Of a stretch of DNA of 64,000 nt, positions 11,113 to 21,488 are shown in pieces. The DNA is taken from assembly GCA_963745035.1 (NCBI GenBank), contig CAVUVW010000015.1:192001-256000 (forward strand), in the 5' to 3' direction. Numbering within the stretch: position 1 is the stretch's first letter; each line of letters begins with the position of its first letter. Position numbers and translations under genes: made by a program. The DNA comes from an uncultured delta proteobacterium (GTDB lineage: Bacteria; Desulfobacterota; Binatia; UBA9968). Below the pieces are notes generated by a model. The model had not been told where the DNA came from. It saw only the letters and a list, made by a program, of their open reading frames with translations, and ran no database searches.

Positions 11113-11994
11113 ATGATGACCGATCCGAAGTTTATCGACGTCGCCGGCGTCAAGACCCGTTACTTCGACAAAGGCAGCGGCGAAGTTTTGCTGTTGGTCC
11201 ACGGCAGCCACATGGGCACGCCCGACGCCTGCGAATGCGCGCTCGACTGGGAATTCAATTTCGATGTTTTGGCCGAGCGCTATCGCGTGATTGCGATGGA
11301 CAAGCTCGGCCAGGGGTACACCGGCAATCCAAAATCCGACGCCGACTACACGATGGCCGCGACCGTGAAGCACGCCGCCGGTTTGCTGCAGGCGCTCGGA
11401 CTCAACAACGTCCACGTCATCGGCCATTCCCGCGGCGGCTACGTCGTTGCGCGCATGACTCTGGATCATCCCGAGCTGGTGCGCTCGTGCACGATCATCG
11501 ACAGCGGCACCCTGGCGCCGGGACCGTCGAAGACCGAGTACATCATGGCCAACGCGCCCAAACCGCGCCTGAGCCGCGAAAGCCAGCGCTGGTGCATCGA
11601 GCATTATTCGCATCGCCCCGATCACATCACGAAGGTCTGGATGGATGCCGCGGAGGATATCGGCACGTCCGCCAAGTATCAGGAGACCGTCAGAAAGATG
11701 GAAGACGAAGGGCTCAAGAAAAACCAGTTCTTCCCGCACCTGGCCGTGCACAAGGAAGAGACTCTGAATTGGATCATCCAGGGCAAGCTCACCCAACCGA
11801 CGATGCTCGTCTGGGGTTACAACGATCCGACCGCGCTGCTAAAACGCGGCCACGCGCTCTTTGAGATCATCGCTGACAGCAATCCAAGATCAGAGATGCA
11901 CATCATCAACGAGGCGGGCCACTTCTGCTACCGCGAACAGCCGGAGACTTTCAATAACGTGATCAAAGGCTTCATCGACAAGTGCAGCAAATGA
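11113..11994 (+). CDS. Alpha/beta hydrolase, meta-cleavage-product-hydrolase-like
   Basis: LLVHGS, GHSRGG, VWGYNDP, AGHF; GGAGG RBS before MMTDPKF. Confidence 0.85.
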   Translation: MMTDPKFIDVAGVKTRYFDKGSGEVLLLVHGSHMGTPDACECALDWEFNFDVLAERYRVIAMDKLGQGYTGNPKSDADYTMAATVKHAAGLLQALGLNNVHVIGHSRGGYVVARMTLDHPELVRSCTIIDSGTLAPGPSKTEYIMANAPKPRLSRESQRWCIEHYSHRPDHITKVWMDAAEDIGTSAKYQETVRKMEDEGLKKNQFFPHLAVHKEETLNWIIQGKLTQPTMLVWGYNDPTALLKRGHALFEIIADSNPRSEMHIINEAGHFCYREQPETFNNVIKGFIDKCSK

Positions 11995-12043
11995 GCAGCG
12001 CGGTGGTCGGGGTCACTGCTGGACGTTCTAGCGGGAATTTCGC

Positions 12044-12076
12044 CTGGATTCCCGCCAAAAGCATGCGGGAATGACG
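12044..12076. repeat. REP-like palindrome
   Basis: ctggattcccgc-caaaagcat-gcgggaatgacg between convergent genes. Confidence 0.7.
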
Positions 12077-12155
12077 ACTGATCCGTAGCTCAATAATCGA
12101 CACCGGCGAGCTTTATTGGATGATCTTCGACTACACGGCAACGTACAGGTGCATG

Positions 12156-12710
12156 CTACTCTAGAGCTTCAAGTCTATCAGGCGGCGTGACAGTGTAGAC
12201 GTCAAAAGTATTGAGCGTGCACGCGAGCATGGCGTAGTAGCCGATCGTTGCCGTCAGTTCCACCATTTTCTTTTCACCAAGGCGGCCATAGATTGCTTGG
12301 AACGTCGCTTCGCTCACGCGATGTTTGTGAATCATCTCGCGCACGAAGCTCACGATTTGCGCGTCCTCGGCGGAGAAAGTTTCTACGGCCTTCTTCTCGT
12401 AGACAGCGCGAATCGTCTCCATGGGGACGCCGGCCTTCTGCGCGTGATTCACATGCGCCGCCCATTCGTGTTTGCAGTCGAGCTCCCGAGCGGAAACCAA
12501 CGCGGCGAATTCGATAAGCTTATGATCGAGAGTCGATTCGAAGCGCACGTAGCTGCCGAGATGCATGGTGCGCTGCGCGATTTCCGGGCTGTATAACAGC
12601 GCCCGCCAGGGCCCGCCCACGGCGCCGCGGCTCTGGGCAATAGCGTCGTAAACTTTTTGGTCTTCCGGAGCCAAGTCTTCTTTTTTATCGATGGTCGCGA
12701 TGCGTGCCAT
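12156..12710 (-). CDS. Carboxymuconolactone decarboxylase/AhpD-like protein
   Basis: GPWRALLYSP, ARELDCKHEWAAH, VELTATIGYYAM. Confidence 0.85.
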   Translation of the reverse strand: MARIATIDKKEDLAPEDQKVYDAIAQSRGAVGGPWRALLYSPEIAQRTMHLGSYVRFESTLDHKLIEFAALVSARELDCKHEWAAHVNHAQKAGVPMETIRAVYEKKAVETFSAEDAQIVSFVREMIHKHRVSEATFQAIYGRLGEKKMVELTATIGYYAMLACTLNTFDVYTVTPPDRLEALE

Positions 12711-12727
12711 TATTTTCTCATACCCTT

Positions 12728-13856
12728 TCATGCAAGTTTTTCTTGGAGCCAATTTGTCACGATGTCCACTACGTCGTCATTGGACTGGCCTTTTTTGCGG
12801 CCCATGTGTCCGGCGCCGGCGATAATCCTGAGATCCTTTGGGCTGCCGTGCTCGGCGAGCAAATACAGGTCGCTGATCGGATGCTGGTCGTCCTCCTTGC
12901 CGTTGATGCAGAGCAGCGGCGCGCACGGCTGATCGATCAGACCTTGAGTAACTAATGACAACGTCGGCGCGATCTTGAGCGTCTCTTCGAGTGTCTTTAC
13001 ACCGAAGATGTAAGAGCGCGCGTCGAGCAGACTCGCCGGTCCCATCAAGTATTGCGACGCCGTCAAAGTCAGCGCCGGGCGCAGCCACTCTTCTTGAAAC
13101 GTCCGGTGTACACCCGCGCCCCAGTTGACCGCGCCGCGCAGCCGCTTCGGCTCGGTATGAGCGAGCTTCGCCGCCCAATAGCCGCCGAAGCTCCCGCCCA
13201 TGCAGGCGATCCGCTTGCCGTCGATATCGCTGCGTGTTGCGAGATAGTCCATTGCCGCGGAAAAAGTGCGCTCCGCGCGCAGATCGCTCCCTACACATGG
13301 ATTTTCACCAGCGCCGGGCATGTCGATGGTGAAACAAGCGATACCCTTACCGAGCAGCACGTCGCTGTTCGTCCGGCGATCCTCTTTCCAGCCGTCGACG
13401 CCGCCCCAGTGCATGACCACCGGCGGGCGGCTCGCTCCCTTCGGAATTTGCAAATAACCGACAACTTTCTTTCCTTCGAACGGTATCTCGATACGCTCGA
13501 GCGGCGGCTCCATATAAGGAGCTGCTTTGAGAAAGGTGCGCAGCGCGCCCTTGTAGCAATTTATCTTTTCCGGGCTGCTCGGCACCGGATAGCGGCCGAT
13601 GCGATAATACTCGTACGCGAGATAATAATTCTCGCCGGCGTCTTGCTTCTTTCCTTGTTTTTCCTGCTCCTCGGCCAAAGCTTCATATTTGACGCCGATC
13701 TTGCCCCATTCTTTTCCCCATAGGTCGGCGTCAAGACTCGTCAGATTATTGATAACGAGATCCACATCATCCTTTTTCAGTCGCTCAAAAGGATTGACGC
13801 GGCCGGCTCCGTTGTAAGATATCCGTCTTGATTTCTTCAAGAGATTTTTCCGCCAT
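12728..13856 (-). CDS. Alpha/beta hydrolase, paralog of 8989-10084; one extra base near 13809
   Basis: GGVDGWKE, DMPGAGE, GGSFGG, AGHMG; start MAEKSLEEIKTDILQR with GGAG RBS joins AGRVNPF after removing one base. Confidence 0.85.
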
Positions 13857-13903
13857 AAGCTGCTCTCCTGTCCGAGCACAAAGAAACCCTACAAGGAAGG
13901 GAA

Positions 13904-13930
13904 AGATTTCTCCCTGCGGTCGAAATGACA
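13904..13930. repeat. REP-like half element
   Basis: agatttctccctgcggtcgaaatgaca; AGATT...AATGACA ends like the right half of the 63161-63239 element. Confidence 0.55.
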
Positions 13931-14000
13931 ACGCGCATTTTGCGCGAACTTCTTGTGCTTGCTTCTATTTTTGTGCGCGCTCTTTGCGGCTTAATTTTTC

Positions 14001-14981
14001 CTACAATTTCGCCCCGGGTTCATTGGCCAAGGCTTTTAGCCCGGACTTGTAAAATCTATCGTCGATGAACTGCTCGGGTTTGAAATTCGGCTTTTCCTTG
14101 AGCAGCACGAACTCAAGCTCGGCACGCTTGTAGAGTCCTTCGGGACTCAGTGCCGGCATATAGGCATCGCGCATGAGATCGTAAAGCGACGCCGCCACCT
14201 CCCGCTCATCCAATCTGCCGTTCTTCATGATGATGTCGATGCTCCCTTCGCGATTGGCGCGAATCCAGTAAAGCGCCTTCATGACCGCCTTCACCATTCT
14301 CTCGGTCATGTCCGGCTCGGCCTGAACATGCTTGGCCATGGACTGAAGTGCGCTGAACGGCACGTTCTTGAATTCGTCGCCGAGATAGACGAGCCGTTTC
14401 ATGCCGGCCTTGAGCAGCGGCCGATCGGTGGGCGGCGCCATCAGCGCCGCCGCCGCCCGTCCTTGCATCAGCGCAATCGCCTTGCCTTCGTTGTCGGGGA
14501 TGTTGAGGTACTCGGCGAACTTGTCATTGAAGCCGTGCTTTACGAACAGCGCCTGCAAAACGCTGTAGGTCGAGCCGCCAAAAGTCACGGCGATCTTCGT
14601 GCCTTTCAAATCGTCCAGCCGCTTGATCTCTGGACGCGTGATTAAACCGAACGGTATTTGATTGAAGATCTGCAACAGCACGCGGATCTGCTCGCCGCGA
14701 AACATAGCTTGCATGGAGGGACCAAAGGCGGAGGAATAATGCACGCTGCCCGACATGAGCGCCTGCACGTTCATCGCGTTGCCGCGCAGGACGACAATGT
14801 TGACGTTGGTGAGCCCCATCTCGTCGTAGAATTTTTTCTCCTTGGCAACAACGTAGGCAAGATGCTGGACATTGCCTGGTCCCGGCAGCGAAATATAGAT
14901 CGGTTTGCTGATTTGCGCGCTCAGCGGAACCGGCGCGAGGAAGGCCGCCATTATGAAAACGATCATTTTCAATCGTTTCAT
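14001..14981 (-). CDS. NitT/TauT (NMT1/THI5-like) ABC substrate-binding protein, orphan
   Basis: Signal peptide, VAKEKKFY, DDLKGTKIAV, VKAVMKALYWI, FIDDRF. Confidence 0.85.
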   Translation of the reverse strand: MKRLKMIVFIMAAFLAPVPLSAQISKPIYISLPGPGNVQHLAYVVAKEKKFYDEMGLTNVNIVVLRGNAMNVQALMSGSVHYSSAFGPSMQAMFRGEQIRVLLQIFNQIPFGLITRPEIKRLDDLKGTKIAVTFGGSTYSVLQALFVKHGFNDKFAEYLNIPDNEGKAIALMQGRAAAALMAPPTDRPLLKAGMKRLVYLGDEFKNVPFSALQSMAKHVQAEPDMTERMVKAVMKALYWIRANREGSIDIIMKNGRLDEREVAASLYDLMRDAYMPALSPEGLYKRAELEFVLLKEKPNFKPEQFIDDRFYKSGLKALANEPGAKL

Positions 14982-15038
14982 AGAATTTCTCCTATCGGGA
15001 TTTGGCGAACTTCGATCGGCTTAACAGAAACGGATTAG

Positions 15039-16118
15039 CTAGCGCAAGCCCCGCAGGCGCGGATCGAGCACTTCGCGTAAGCCTTCGCCGACGAGGTAAT
15101 AGGCGAGCACCGTGATGAAGATCGCGAAGCCGGGAAACACGGCGAGCCACCAGGCAAAAGTCGCTCCACTAGCCTCGTTCAAGATCGAGCCCCAGGTGAC
15201 CAATTGCGCGGGAACTCCGATGCCAAGAAAGCTCAAGCTCGACTCGACGAGAATTGCCCCGGCAATTCCGAGAACCACCGAAACGATGACGGGCGCCAGG
15301 GCATTGGGCAGAATATGTTGAAACATGATCTTTCGGCTTGATACTCCAATCGAGATCGCGGCCGTGACATAGTCGAGATTGCGAATTCTCAAAAACTCGC
15401 TACGGGTAAAGCGTGCGATCCCCACCCAACTTGTCAATCCGATAATGATCATCGTCATAAAGATACTCGGCCGAAATATCGCCGCCACGGTGATCAACAG
15501 AAAAAAGGTCGGGATGGACAGCATGATCTCAAACAGCCGTGAAATCGCCATGTCGAGCCAGGAGCCAAAATAACCGGCTATGGCGCCGAGAATAACGCCG
15601 ATCACGAGCGCAATGCCGACCGCGACGAAGCCGATCGAGAGTGAGATTCTGGAGCCATGGATCATGCCTGCCATCACATCCCGACCGAGCTTATCCGTTC
15701 CCAACCAGTGTTTCGTCGAGGGGGGCTCCAGCGGCGCAAACAAATCCACACTGCTCTGCCGGTAAGGAACCGGCGGGAAAACGGCGGTCGCCCCCTCAAG
15801 TTTCTTGTAATCGACATTCAGCAGTTCGGCCGGCCACGAGCTAAAGCCGCTCTCGATGAGATAACCGCGCAGAATTGGAAAATGGATGTTTCCCCTATAC
15901 GAGAGATACAAAGGTTTATCATTGGCGAGAAAATCGGCAAACAGGGCAGTAAAAAGCAAAAGCAAGACGACATAGTATCCCGCCAAGGCGATCCGGTTAA
16001 GACGAAACTGCTTCCACACACCCGCCCAAAAGCCATCGCTGCCGCCGGCGCGAGGCCCGGCCCGAACATGGGAAGTCGCGGCTGAACCCGATGATAAATC
16101 GGTTGGGCGATCGTTCAT
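15039..16118 (-). CDS. oppC: Peptide ABC permease OppC/DppC
   Basis: HWLGTDKLGRD, HILPNA, ESSLSFLGIG, GEGLREVLDP. Confidence 0.93.
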   Translation of the reverse strand: MNDRPTDLSSGSAATSHVRAGPRAGGSDGFWAGVWKQFRLNRIALAGYYVVLLLLFTALFADFLANDKPLYLSYRGNIHFPILRGYLIESGFSSWPAELLNVDYKKLEGATAVFPPVPYRQSSVDLFAPLEPPSTKHWLGTDKLGRDVMAGMIHGSRISLSIGFVAVGIALVIGVILGAIAGYFGSWLDMAISRLFEIMLSIPTFFLLITVAAIFRPSIFMTMIIIGLTSWVGIARFTRSEFLRIRNLDYVTAAISIGVSSRKIMFQHILPNALAPVIVSVVLGIAGAILVESSLSFLGIGVPAQLVTWGSILNEASGATFAWWLAVFPGFAIFITVLAYYLVGEGLREVLDPRLRGLR

Positions 16119-17146
16119 GACTGCCTTCGTCCAAATGCAATGCGCGGGTCGACGACTGACAAAAGCAGATCCGAGATGAGGATACCTATCAAAGTCAAGA
16201 CGGCGCTCACACTGTAAAGCGCCATCACCGTCGGGTAATCCCGGGCACGCACCGATTCGTACCCGAGCTGTCCCATTCCCGGAATGGAGAAAATCGTTTC
16301 GATGATAACACTGCCGCCAATGAGCGCGGGCAAAAGCGCCGCCAGCATAGTGACGACCGGGATGAGCGAGTTGCGCATGACGTGCTTCAAGATGACGATT
16401 CGCTCAGCGAGCCCCTTTGCTCGAGCCGCTTGTACATAATCTTGGCCCAGCACTTCCAGCATGCTCGCGCGCATATAGCGCGACAATCCGGCGAAGCCTC
16501 CGTAGGACAACAGCACCACCGGTAGGAACAAATGCCAGGCTTGATCTCGGAACTTTTTCCACCACGGCCAGCTGGGGTCATAATCGATCGAAGTCAACCC
16601 ACCCGGCGGGAAAAGATAGAAAAAATCACCGCCACAGATAAACACCAAAGCCATGGTCGCTGCCCATACCGTGGGAACGGCGAAAAGGACAAACGCCGCC
16701 ACCGTCGTAAACTGATCACCGAAGGTGTTTCGACGGGTCGCCGAGTACACACCCAAAGGAATCGCCACGATGTAAACGACCAGAAGCGACCATACGTTGA
16801 GGTTCACCGTGACCGGCACCCGGTCCGCAATCTTGCCCCAGACCGGTTGGTTGTCTTTAAACGATTCGCCGAAATCGAGCGTGAAGATATTCTTCAGCCA
16901 GAGACCGTATTGAACGTGCAGCGGTTGATCCAGTCCGTACTGTTTGCGCCATTGCGCAATTGCGACGTCGACCGAGGCTTGTTTGTCCAGGGATATGCCC
17001 GCGCCGCCGGCGCCGCCTAGCCCCCCCGCAGCCCTTAATTCGGCAGGATCCCCGGGAGCGAGCCGCATGATGAGAAAGCCGATCAAAGTAATCCCGATAA
17101 ACGTCGGGATCATCAGCAGGAGACGTTGCAAAGCGTAAGATGACAT
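16115..17146 (-). CDS. oppB: Peptide ABC permease OppB/DppB
   Basis: APGDPA, LDFGES, DYVQAARAKGL, ETIFSIPGMG, VDPRI. Confidence 0.93.
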   Translation of the reverse strand: MSSYALQRLLLMIPTFIGITLIGFLIMRLAPGDPAELRAAGGLGGAGGAGISLDKQASVDVAIAQWRKQYGLDQPLHVQYGLWLKNIFTLDFGESFKDNQPVWGKIADRVPVTVNLNVWSLLVVYIVAIPLGVYSATRRNTFGDQFTTVAAFVLFAVPTVWAATMALVFICGGDFFYLFPPGGLTSIDYDPSWPWWKKFRDQAWHLFLPVVLLSYGGFAGLSRYMRASMLEVLGQDYVQAARAKGLAERIVILKHVMRNSLIPVVTMLAALLPALIGGSVIIETIFSIPGMGQLGYESVRARDYPTVMALYSVSAVLTLIGILISDLLLSVVDPRIAFGRRQS

Positions 17147-17155
17147 GAAGTCGGA

Positions 17156-18922
17156 TCACCGTCCCGCCAGTTGCTCGCCGTATCTGTGCGCCGCCTTCGG
17201 CACCCACCAGTCGATGGGACGAACACCGCCTGGAAATACTTCGATGCCGCGGATACGGCGCTGCGCTGCAATGACAGACTTGCCCACGAACAAGAATGTG
17301 TAGGGCTGCTCGTCGCTCAAGATTCTCTGAAATTCGCGATAGAGTTCGATTCTCTTATCGGGATCAAATTCTCTCCGATACCGCTCGAGGATTTCATCGA
17401 CCCGCGCATTTTTATAGCTGATGTGGTTGGATCCTTGGTTTGCAGCTTGCGATGAGTGCCAGACTTGATAGGCGTCTGGCTCGCTCACCGACATGGCCCA
17501 GCCCAGAATGATGGCATCGAACTTTCGAGCTTTGACATCGCTCAAAAAAATCGTCCAGTCGATTTCCCGCACACTCACGTCGATGCCGTGTTTTCGCAGC
17601 TCATCCTGCAAGACGAGCGCGACGCTTTTGCGCGTAGTGTTGCCGGAGTTGATCTTGAGCTCGAAACGAAAAGGAGTCTTCTCGCCATCGATCACTTTGT
17701 CGAGGATGCCATCGCCGTCGGTATCGCTCCAGCCCGCTTGCTTTAATAATTCTAGGCCCTTTTTTGGGTCGAACGAATGGCGGGGCAGGGTTTTGTCGTA
17801 CTCGGGACGAAAAAAATAGATCGGCCCTTCCACGACTTCGCCCAGGCCGAAGAGAACCGCCTTGATCATTTGTTCGCGGTTGGTGAATAGAGTCATCGCC
17901 TTGCGCGTGATTTTGTCGCGAAAAATTCGATGATTGTTATTCCATCCGATGTAAGAATAGTTCGGCGCGAAGTATTCATACTTTTGAAAGTCGCGTTTGA
18001 ATCTGTCGCTGCTGGTTCCCCGTACATGCTGTATCGGAGTAAGACTCATCTCGTCCAGGCCGCCGCTCTTCAGCGTTACCAAAGCAGCGTCCATATTATT
18101 GATGATCCGGTAGCGGTGGCGGTCAATGTACGGTTGATCGACCCCTTCTTTGCCGTAGCCCCAATAATTCTCATTCCGTAGGAGTTCAATTTCCCGGCCG
18201 GTTTTCCAGGAAGAAAATTTGTATGGGCCGCTGCCCATGGGATTCCGAGCGTAGTTCTTATTGAATTGATCGGCGAATTTTTTCGCTTGAGGGGACAACC
18301 GCTCAATCGGGCCGCCCAGATCAGCGACGCTCACGTCTTTCAGAAGATTCTCCGGATCGTAATAATGGCGCGGCAAGACATCGATGCCGCCGAGCACGCT
18401 CTCATTGAGAAAATACGGCTCTTTGATCTTGAATTGGATGGTGAAATCGTCGAGCAAGCGCGCGTCGATCACCGAATTGAAATAAACGCGCAGAAACGGC
18501 GCGTTCACCAGCGGATGCTTGATCGCCTTGATACTGAACAGAACGTCGGCGCCCGTCAGAGGCCGGCCGTCCTGAAAGTATGCGTCGCGCCGGATCGAAA
18601 ACGTGTAAGTCAACTTGTCTTGCGAGATCGTCGGGCGAGCGCCGGCGATCAGCGGTTGCAGCTCCAAGGTTTGCGGATCGCGGGTGAGGAGGCTCTGGAA
18701 AATGTATTGGAGCAAGGAGCTTGCGGCTGCATCGTTGCTGGTTAATGGATTGAGCTGCTCGGGATCGCTCAGGCTGTGGATGAGCAGCCAGTCACCCGTT
18801 GCCGGTTTGCCTGTATCTTTTAGGCCCGGCGGCGGAGCTTCGCTGACCTTGACCTCGGTCTTATCGCCGCAGCCGAGCAACAGCAGCAGCGCCAGTGCCC
18901 ACGGGCCCAAACGCGTTCGCAT
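17156..18922 (-). CDS. oppA: Peptide ABC substrate-binding lipoprotein (family 5)
   Basis: Lipobox LLGC, DPEQLNP, FQDGRPLTGADVLFS, PMGSGPYKF. Confidence 0.92.
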   Translation of the reverse strand: MRTRLGPWALALLLLLGCGDKTEVKVSEAPPPGLKDTGKPATGDWLLIHSLSDPEQLNPLTSNDAAASSLLQYIFQSLLTRDPQTLELQPLIAGARPTISQDKLTYTFSIRRDAYFQDGRPLTGADVLFSIKAIKHPLVNAPFLRVYFNSVIDARLLDDFTIQFKIKEPYFLNESVLGGIDVLPRHYYDPENLLKDVSVADLGGPIERLSPQAKKFADQFNKNYARNPMGSGPYKFSSWKTGREIELLRNENYWGYGKEGVDQPYIDRHRYRIINNMDAALVTLKSGGLDEMSLTPIQHVRGTSSDRFKRDFQKYEYFAPNYSYIGWNNNHRIFRDKITRKAMTLFTNREQMIKAVLFGLGEVVEGPIYFFRPEYDKTLPRHSFDPKKGLELLKQAGWSDTDGDGILDKVIDGEKTPFRFELKINSGNTTRKSVALVLQDELRKHGIDVSVREIDWTIFLSDVKARKFDAIILGWAMSVSEPDAYQVWHSSQAANQGSNHISYKNARVDEILERYRREFDPDKRIELYREFQRILSDEQPYTFLFVGKSVIAAQRRIRGIEVFPGGVRPIDWWVPKAAHRYGEQLAGR

Positions 18923-18924
18923 GA

Positions 18925-19746
18925 CTAGTCACCTACGGCTTCGATCGGCACTTCTTTGACGTGCGCGGGAATTTGCTGGGTGAATTGCTCGGGCGGAATC
19001 GTGCCGTTGAATTCAGGCTCTTTATAGCGAATCACGAGTTTTTTTTTCTGCAACGGCGCTTCCGTGATGAGCGCAAGCGGAAATAATCCAGCGGGAGTGG
19101 AAGCGTAGTCGTTGAACTGCGCGCTCAACTCGACCTTACCCTCAGCATTAAACCGTTCCCATTTCGTCGGCACGGGTTGGGGCGATTCGAACGTCACCAC
19201 GTCGCGCTTGCCGCTCTTGGGCGAAAAAATCAGCGTGTTTTCTTCCTGCTTCCACGGCGCGCCGGCGTCCACCGGCGGCAGGCCCATCAGCAGCATGGTG
19301 ATTTCCTGGAGCTCCAGCGGAAGCTGCGTGTAACGTCGCAAATGCTCCGGGGTGGGCCGGCCGCGGACGAAAACGCCTTCGCGCGGGTGATAGCCGAGGA
19401 TCTCTTTATCGTTGGCCGTGAAGATGAGAATGGCGCCGAGAAACGTCAGGGTATCCAAGCGCAGGCGGTTCGGGCGCTGCACGATGACGGCTTCTTGAAA
19501 ACCGTGCTTGCCTTCGGGGCCGGCGTAATCGACCTGGGCGAGAGCACGCAGGGTACGAAACTGCTCGTTGCGCTGCTTGAGCGACTCGATCAGCTTGCTC
19601 GACTCCCACTGGGGCACCGGCGGTTTGGGCGCGGACGGCGGCTTTACCGTCGCGCAGCCGCCGAGTCCGATCAGAAGCGCCGTCAATGTCAGGAGAGCAA
19701 ACAGACGAAACCGGATAACCGGGGAACGGCGGGAGGATCGTGTCAA
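18925..19746 (-). CDS. LolB-like/DUF4292-type lipoprotein
   Basis: Lipobox LGGC, beta-rich, PNRLRLD motif; start overlaps TPR gene stop. Confidence 0.6.
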   Translation of the reverse strand: MTRSSRRSPVIRFRLFALLTLTALLIGLGGCATVKPPSAPKPPVPQWESSKLIESLKQRNEQFRTLRALAQVDYAGPEGKHGFQEAVIVQRPNRLRLDTLTFLGAILIFTANDKEILGYHPREGVFVRGRPTPEHLRRYTQLPLELQEITMLLMGLPPVDAGAPWKQEENTLIFSPKSGKRDVVTFESPQPVPTKWERFNAEGKVELSAQFNDYASTPAGLFPLALITEAPLQKKKLVIRYKEPEFNGTIPPEQFTQQIPAHVKEVPIEAVGD

Positions 19747-21488
19747 ATCTTTTTCTCCAACCGTTGGATTTTCTCGCGGATGCGCTTGACCTGGTCGGCT
19801 TCCTTGGAATGCTTGAGGGCCTCGCGATAACGGACCAGGGCGCGCTCGGGTCTGCCCACCTTTTCGTAGGCGTCGCCGAGATGCTCGATGATGGTGGGAT
19901 CGTCCACGGTGAGTTGGACAGCCCGCTCAAGCTGCTCGACCGCGCGGGGATAATCCCCTTTTTGGTAATAAACCCACCCCAAGCTGTCGATGTAAAAACC
20001 GTCGTTAGGCTGAATCTTGAGCGCCCGTTGGATCAAGTCTTCGGCCTCTTCGAGCTGCACGCCCATCTCGGCCCAGGTATAACCTAGATAATTGAGCGCT
20101 GCGGCATTCTTCGGATTGAGCTCGATGGCCTTTTTCATGCTCGCGACGGACTTCTCTTTGTTCTTGTTCTCGTCGTGCAACGCGCCGAGCTGAAAGTGCG
20201 CCTCATCGCTCTTTGGATCCAAGGTCACCACGCGCTCCATCGCCTGGATCGCTTTGGGATACTCCTTGGTCTTGCGATAGAGCGAGCTTAAAAACGCGTA
20301 AATCTCCTTGCGGTCGGGGCGCTTTTTGAGCACAGGCTGGAGTATTTCGATGGCCTTTTGCGTCTGCTCCTTGCGGTCGTAGAGATACGCCGCCTGAATG
20401 CGCGAATCGACGTAAAGCTCGCTCTTCTCTCCGACCCGCTCGAAAGATTCCAGCGCCTTGTCGTCCGCCTTCATCTCGACGTAAGTCGCGCCCAGGTAAT
20501 AGCGCGCGCGGTCATTTTCCGGATCGCCGGCGAGCACCAGATTGAATTCCGTGGCGGCGCGCTCGAAGTCGCCTTTCTCGAAAGAGATCAAGCCGATCTT
20601 GATCCGCGTCTCGCGCGGATCAACGTCGGAGCCCTGAAGGGACTCGAATTGGTGGAGCGCTTCGTCAAGCTTGTTCTGCCCGACATAAAGCTCGCCCAGG
20701 CGCCGGCGCGCCCAAACGTTTTGCGCATTGACCGCGAGCAAACGCTGGTAAGTTTGGATCGCCTCTTCGGTCTTGCCCTCGAGCTCATAGACGAGGGCGA
20801 GATCGAGGAGGACCGCTTCGGACTTGGGATTGAACTCTAACGCCTTTCGGTAGCTCTGTTCGGCGGCGAGATAGAGTTTGCTCTTGGCGCGCACTCGGCC
20901 AAGATAATAGTGACCCAGGCCAGAATTGGGATCGAGCTTGAGCAGCTCCTCGAGACTTTGACCGGCGCGCGCCAGATCATCGAGCTGCAAATAGAGCGCG
21001 CCCAGATAGAGCAAAGCTTCCTGGTTTTTGCCGTCGAGCTTGAGGACTTCGTTGTATTCAGCGAGACCTTTTTGGTTTTCGCCGAGGGAGGAATAGAGGC
21101 CGGCGAGGAGCAAATGGTTATCGACGCTCTTGGGGTCGAGCCTGACGGCCGCTTCCGCTTCGATCAAGGCCTTCTTCAGATCGCCTTTGCGCAAGTAAAG
21201 CGATGCCAACCGGAAGCGCAGGAACGCATCGTCGGGACTGCTCTGGGCGGCGCCTTCAAATTCTCTTAACGCCCCGTCAAAGTCGCCCTCGCCGAGCAGA
21301 ATCTGGCCCTTGAGAAAGTAATTGATCGCCGCGGCTTCAGCGGGAATTTCGGCTTTGGGCTGGTTGCGAAAGGGCGGGTCAGGCGACCAAAGCAGCCCAT
21401 CGGGAGGCAGTTTCGGCGTGGGCGCTGCTGTCGTGCAACCGGCAAGAATCGAGAATAGAACAGCCGCACAAGAAGAGCGCTTAGCCAT
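19743..21488 (-). CDS. Multi-TPR lipoprotein
   Basis: Lipobox LAGC, many TPRs, C-terminal LNYLGYT...IDSLGWVYY...EHLGDAY. Confidence 0.9.
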   Translation of the reverse strand: MAKRSSCAAVLFSILAGCTTAAPTPKLPPDGLLWSPDPPFRNQPKAEIPAEAAAINYFLKGQILLGEGDFDGALREFEGAAQSSPDDAFLRFRLASLYLRKGDLKKALIEAEAAVRLDPKSVDNHLLLAGLYSSLGENQKGLAEYNEVLKLDGKNQEALLYLGALYLQLDDLARAGQSLEELLKLDPNSGLGHYYLGRVRAKSKLYLAAEQSYRKALEFNPKSEAVLLDLALVYELEGKTEEAIQTYQRLLAVNAQNVWARRRLGELYVGQNKLDEALHQFESLQGSDVDPRETRIKIGLISFEKGDFERAATEFNLVLAGDPENDRARYYLGATYVEMKADDKALESFERVGEKSELYVDSRIQAAYLYDRKEQTQKAIEILQPVLKKRPDRKEIYAFLSSLYRKTKEYPKAIQAMERVVTLDPKSDEAHFQLGALHDENKNKEKSVASMKKAIELNPKNAAALNYLGYTWAEMGVQLEEAEDLIQRALKIQPNDGFYIDSLGWVYYQKGDYPRAVEQLERAVQLTVDDPTIIEHLGDAYEKVGRPERALVRYREALKHSKEADQVKRIREKIQRLEKKI

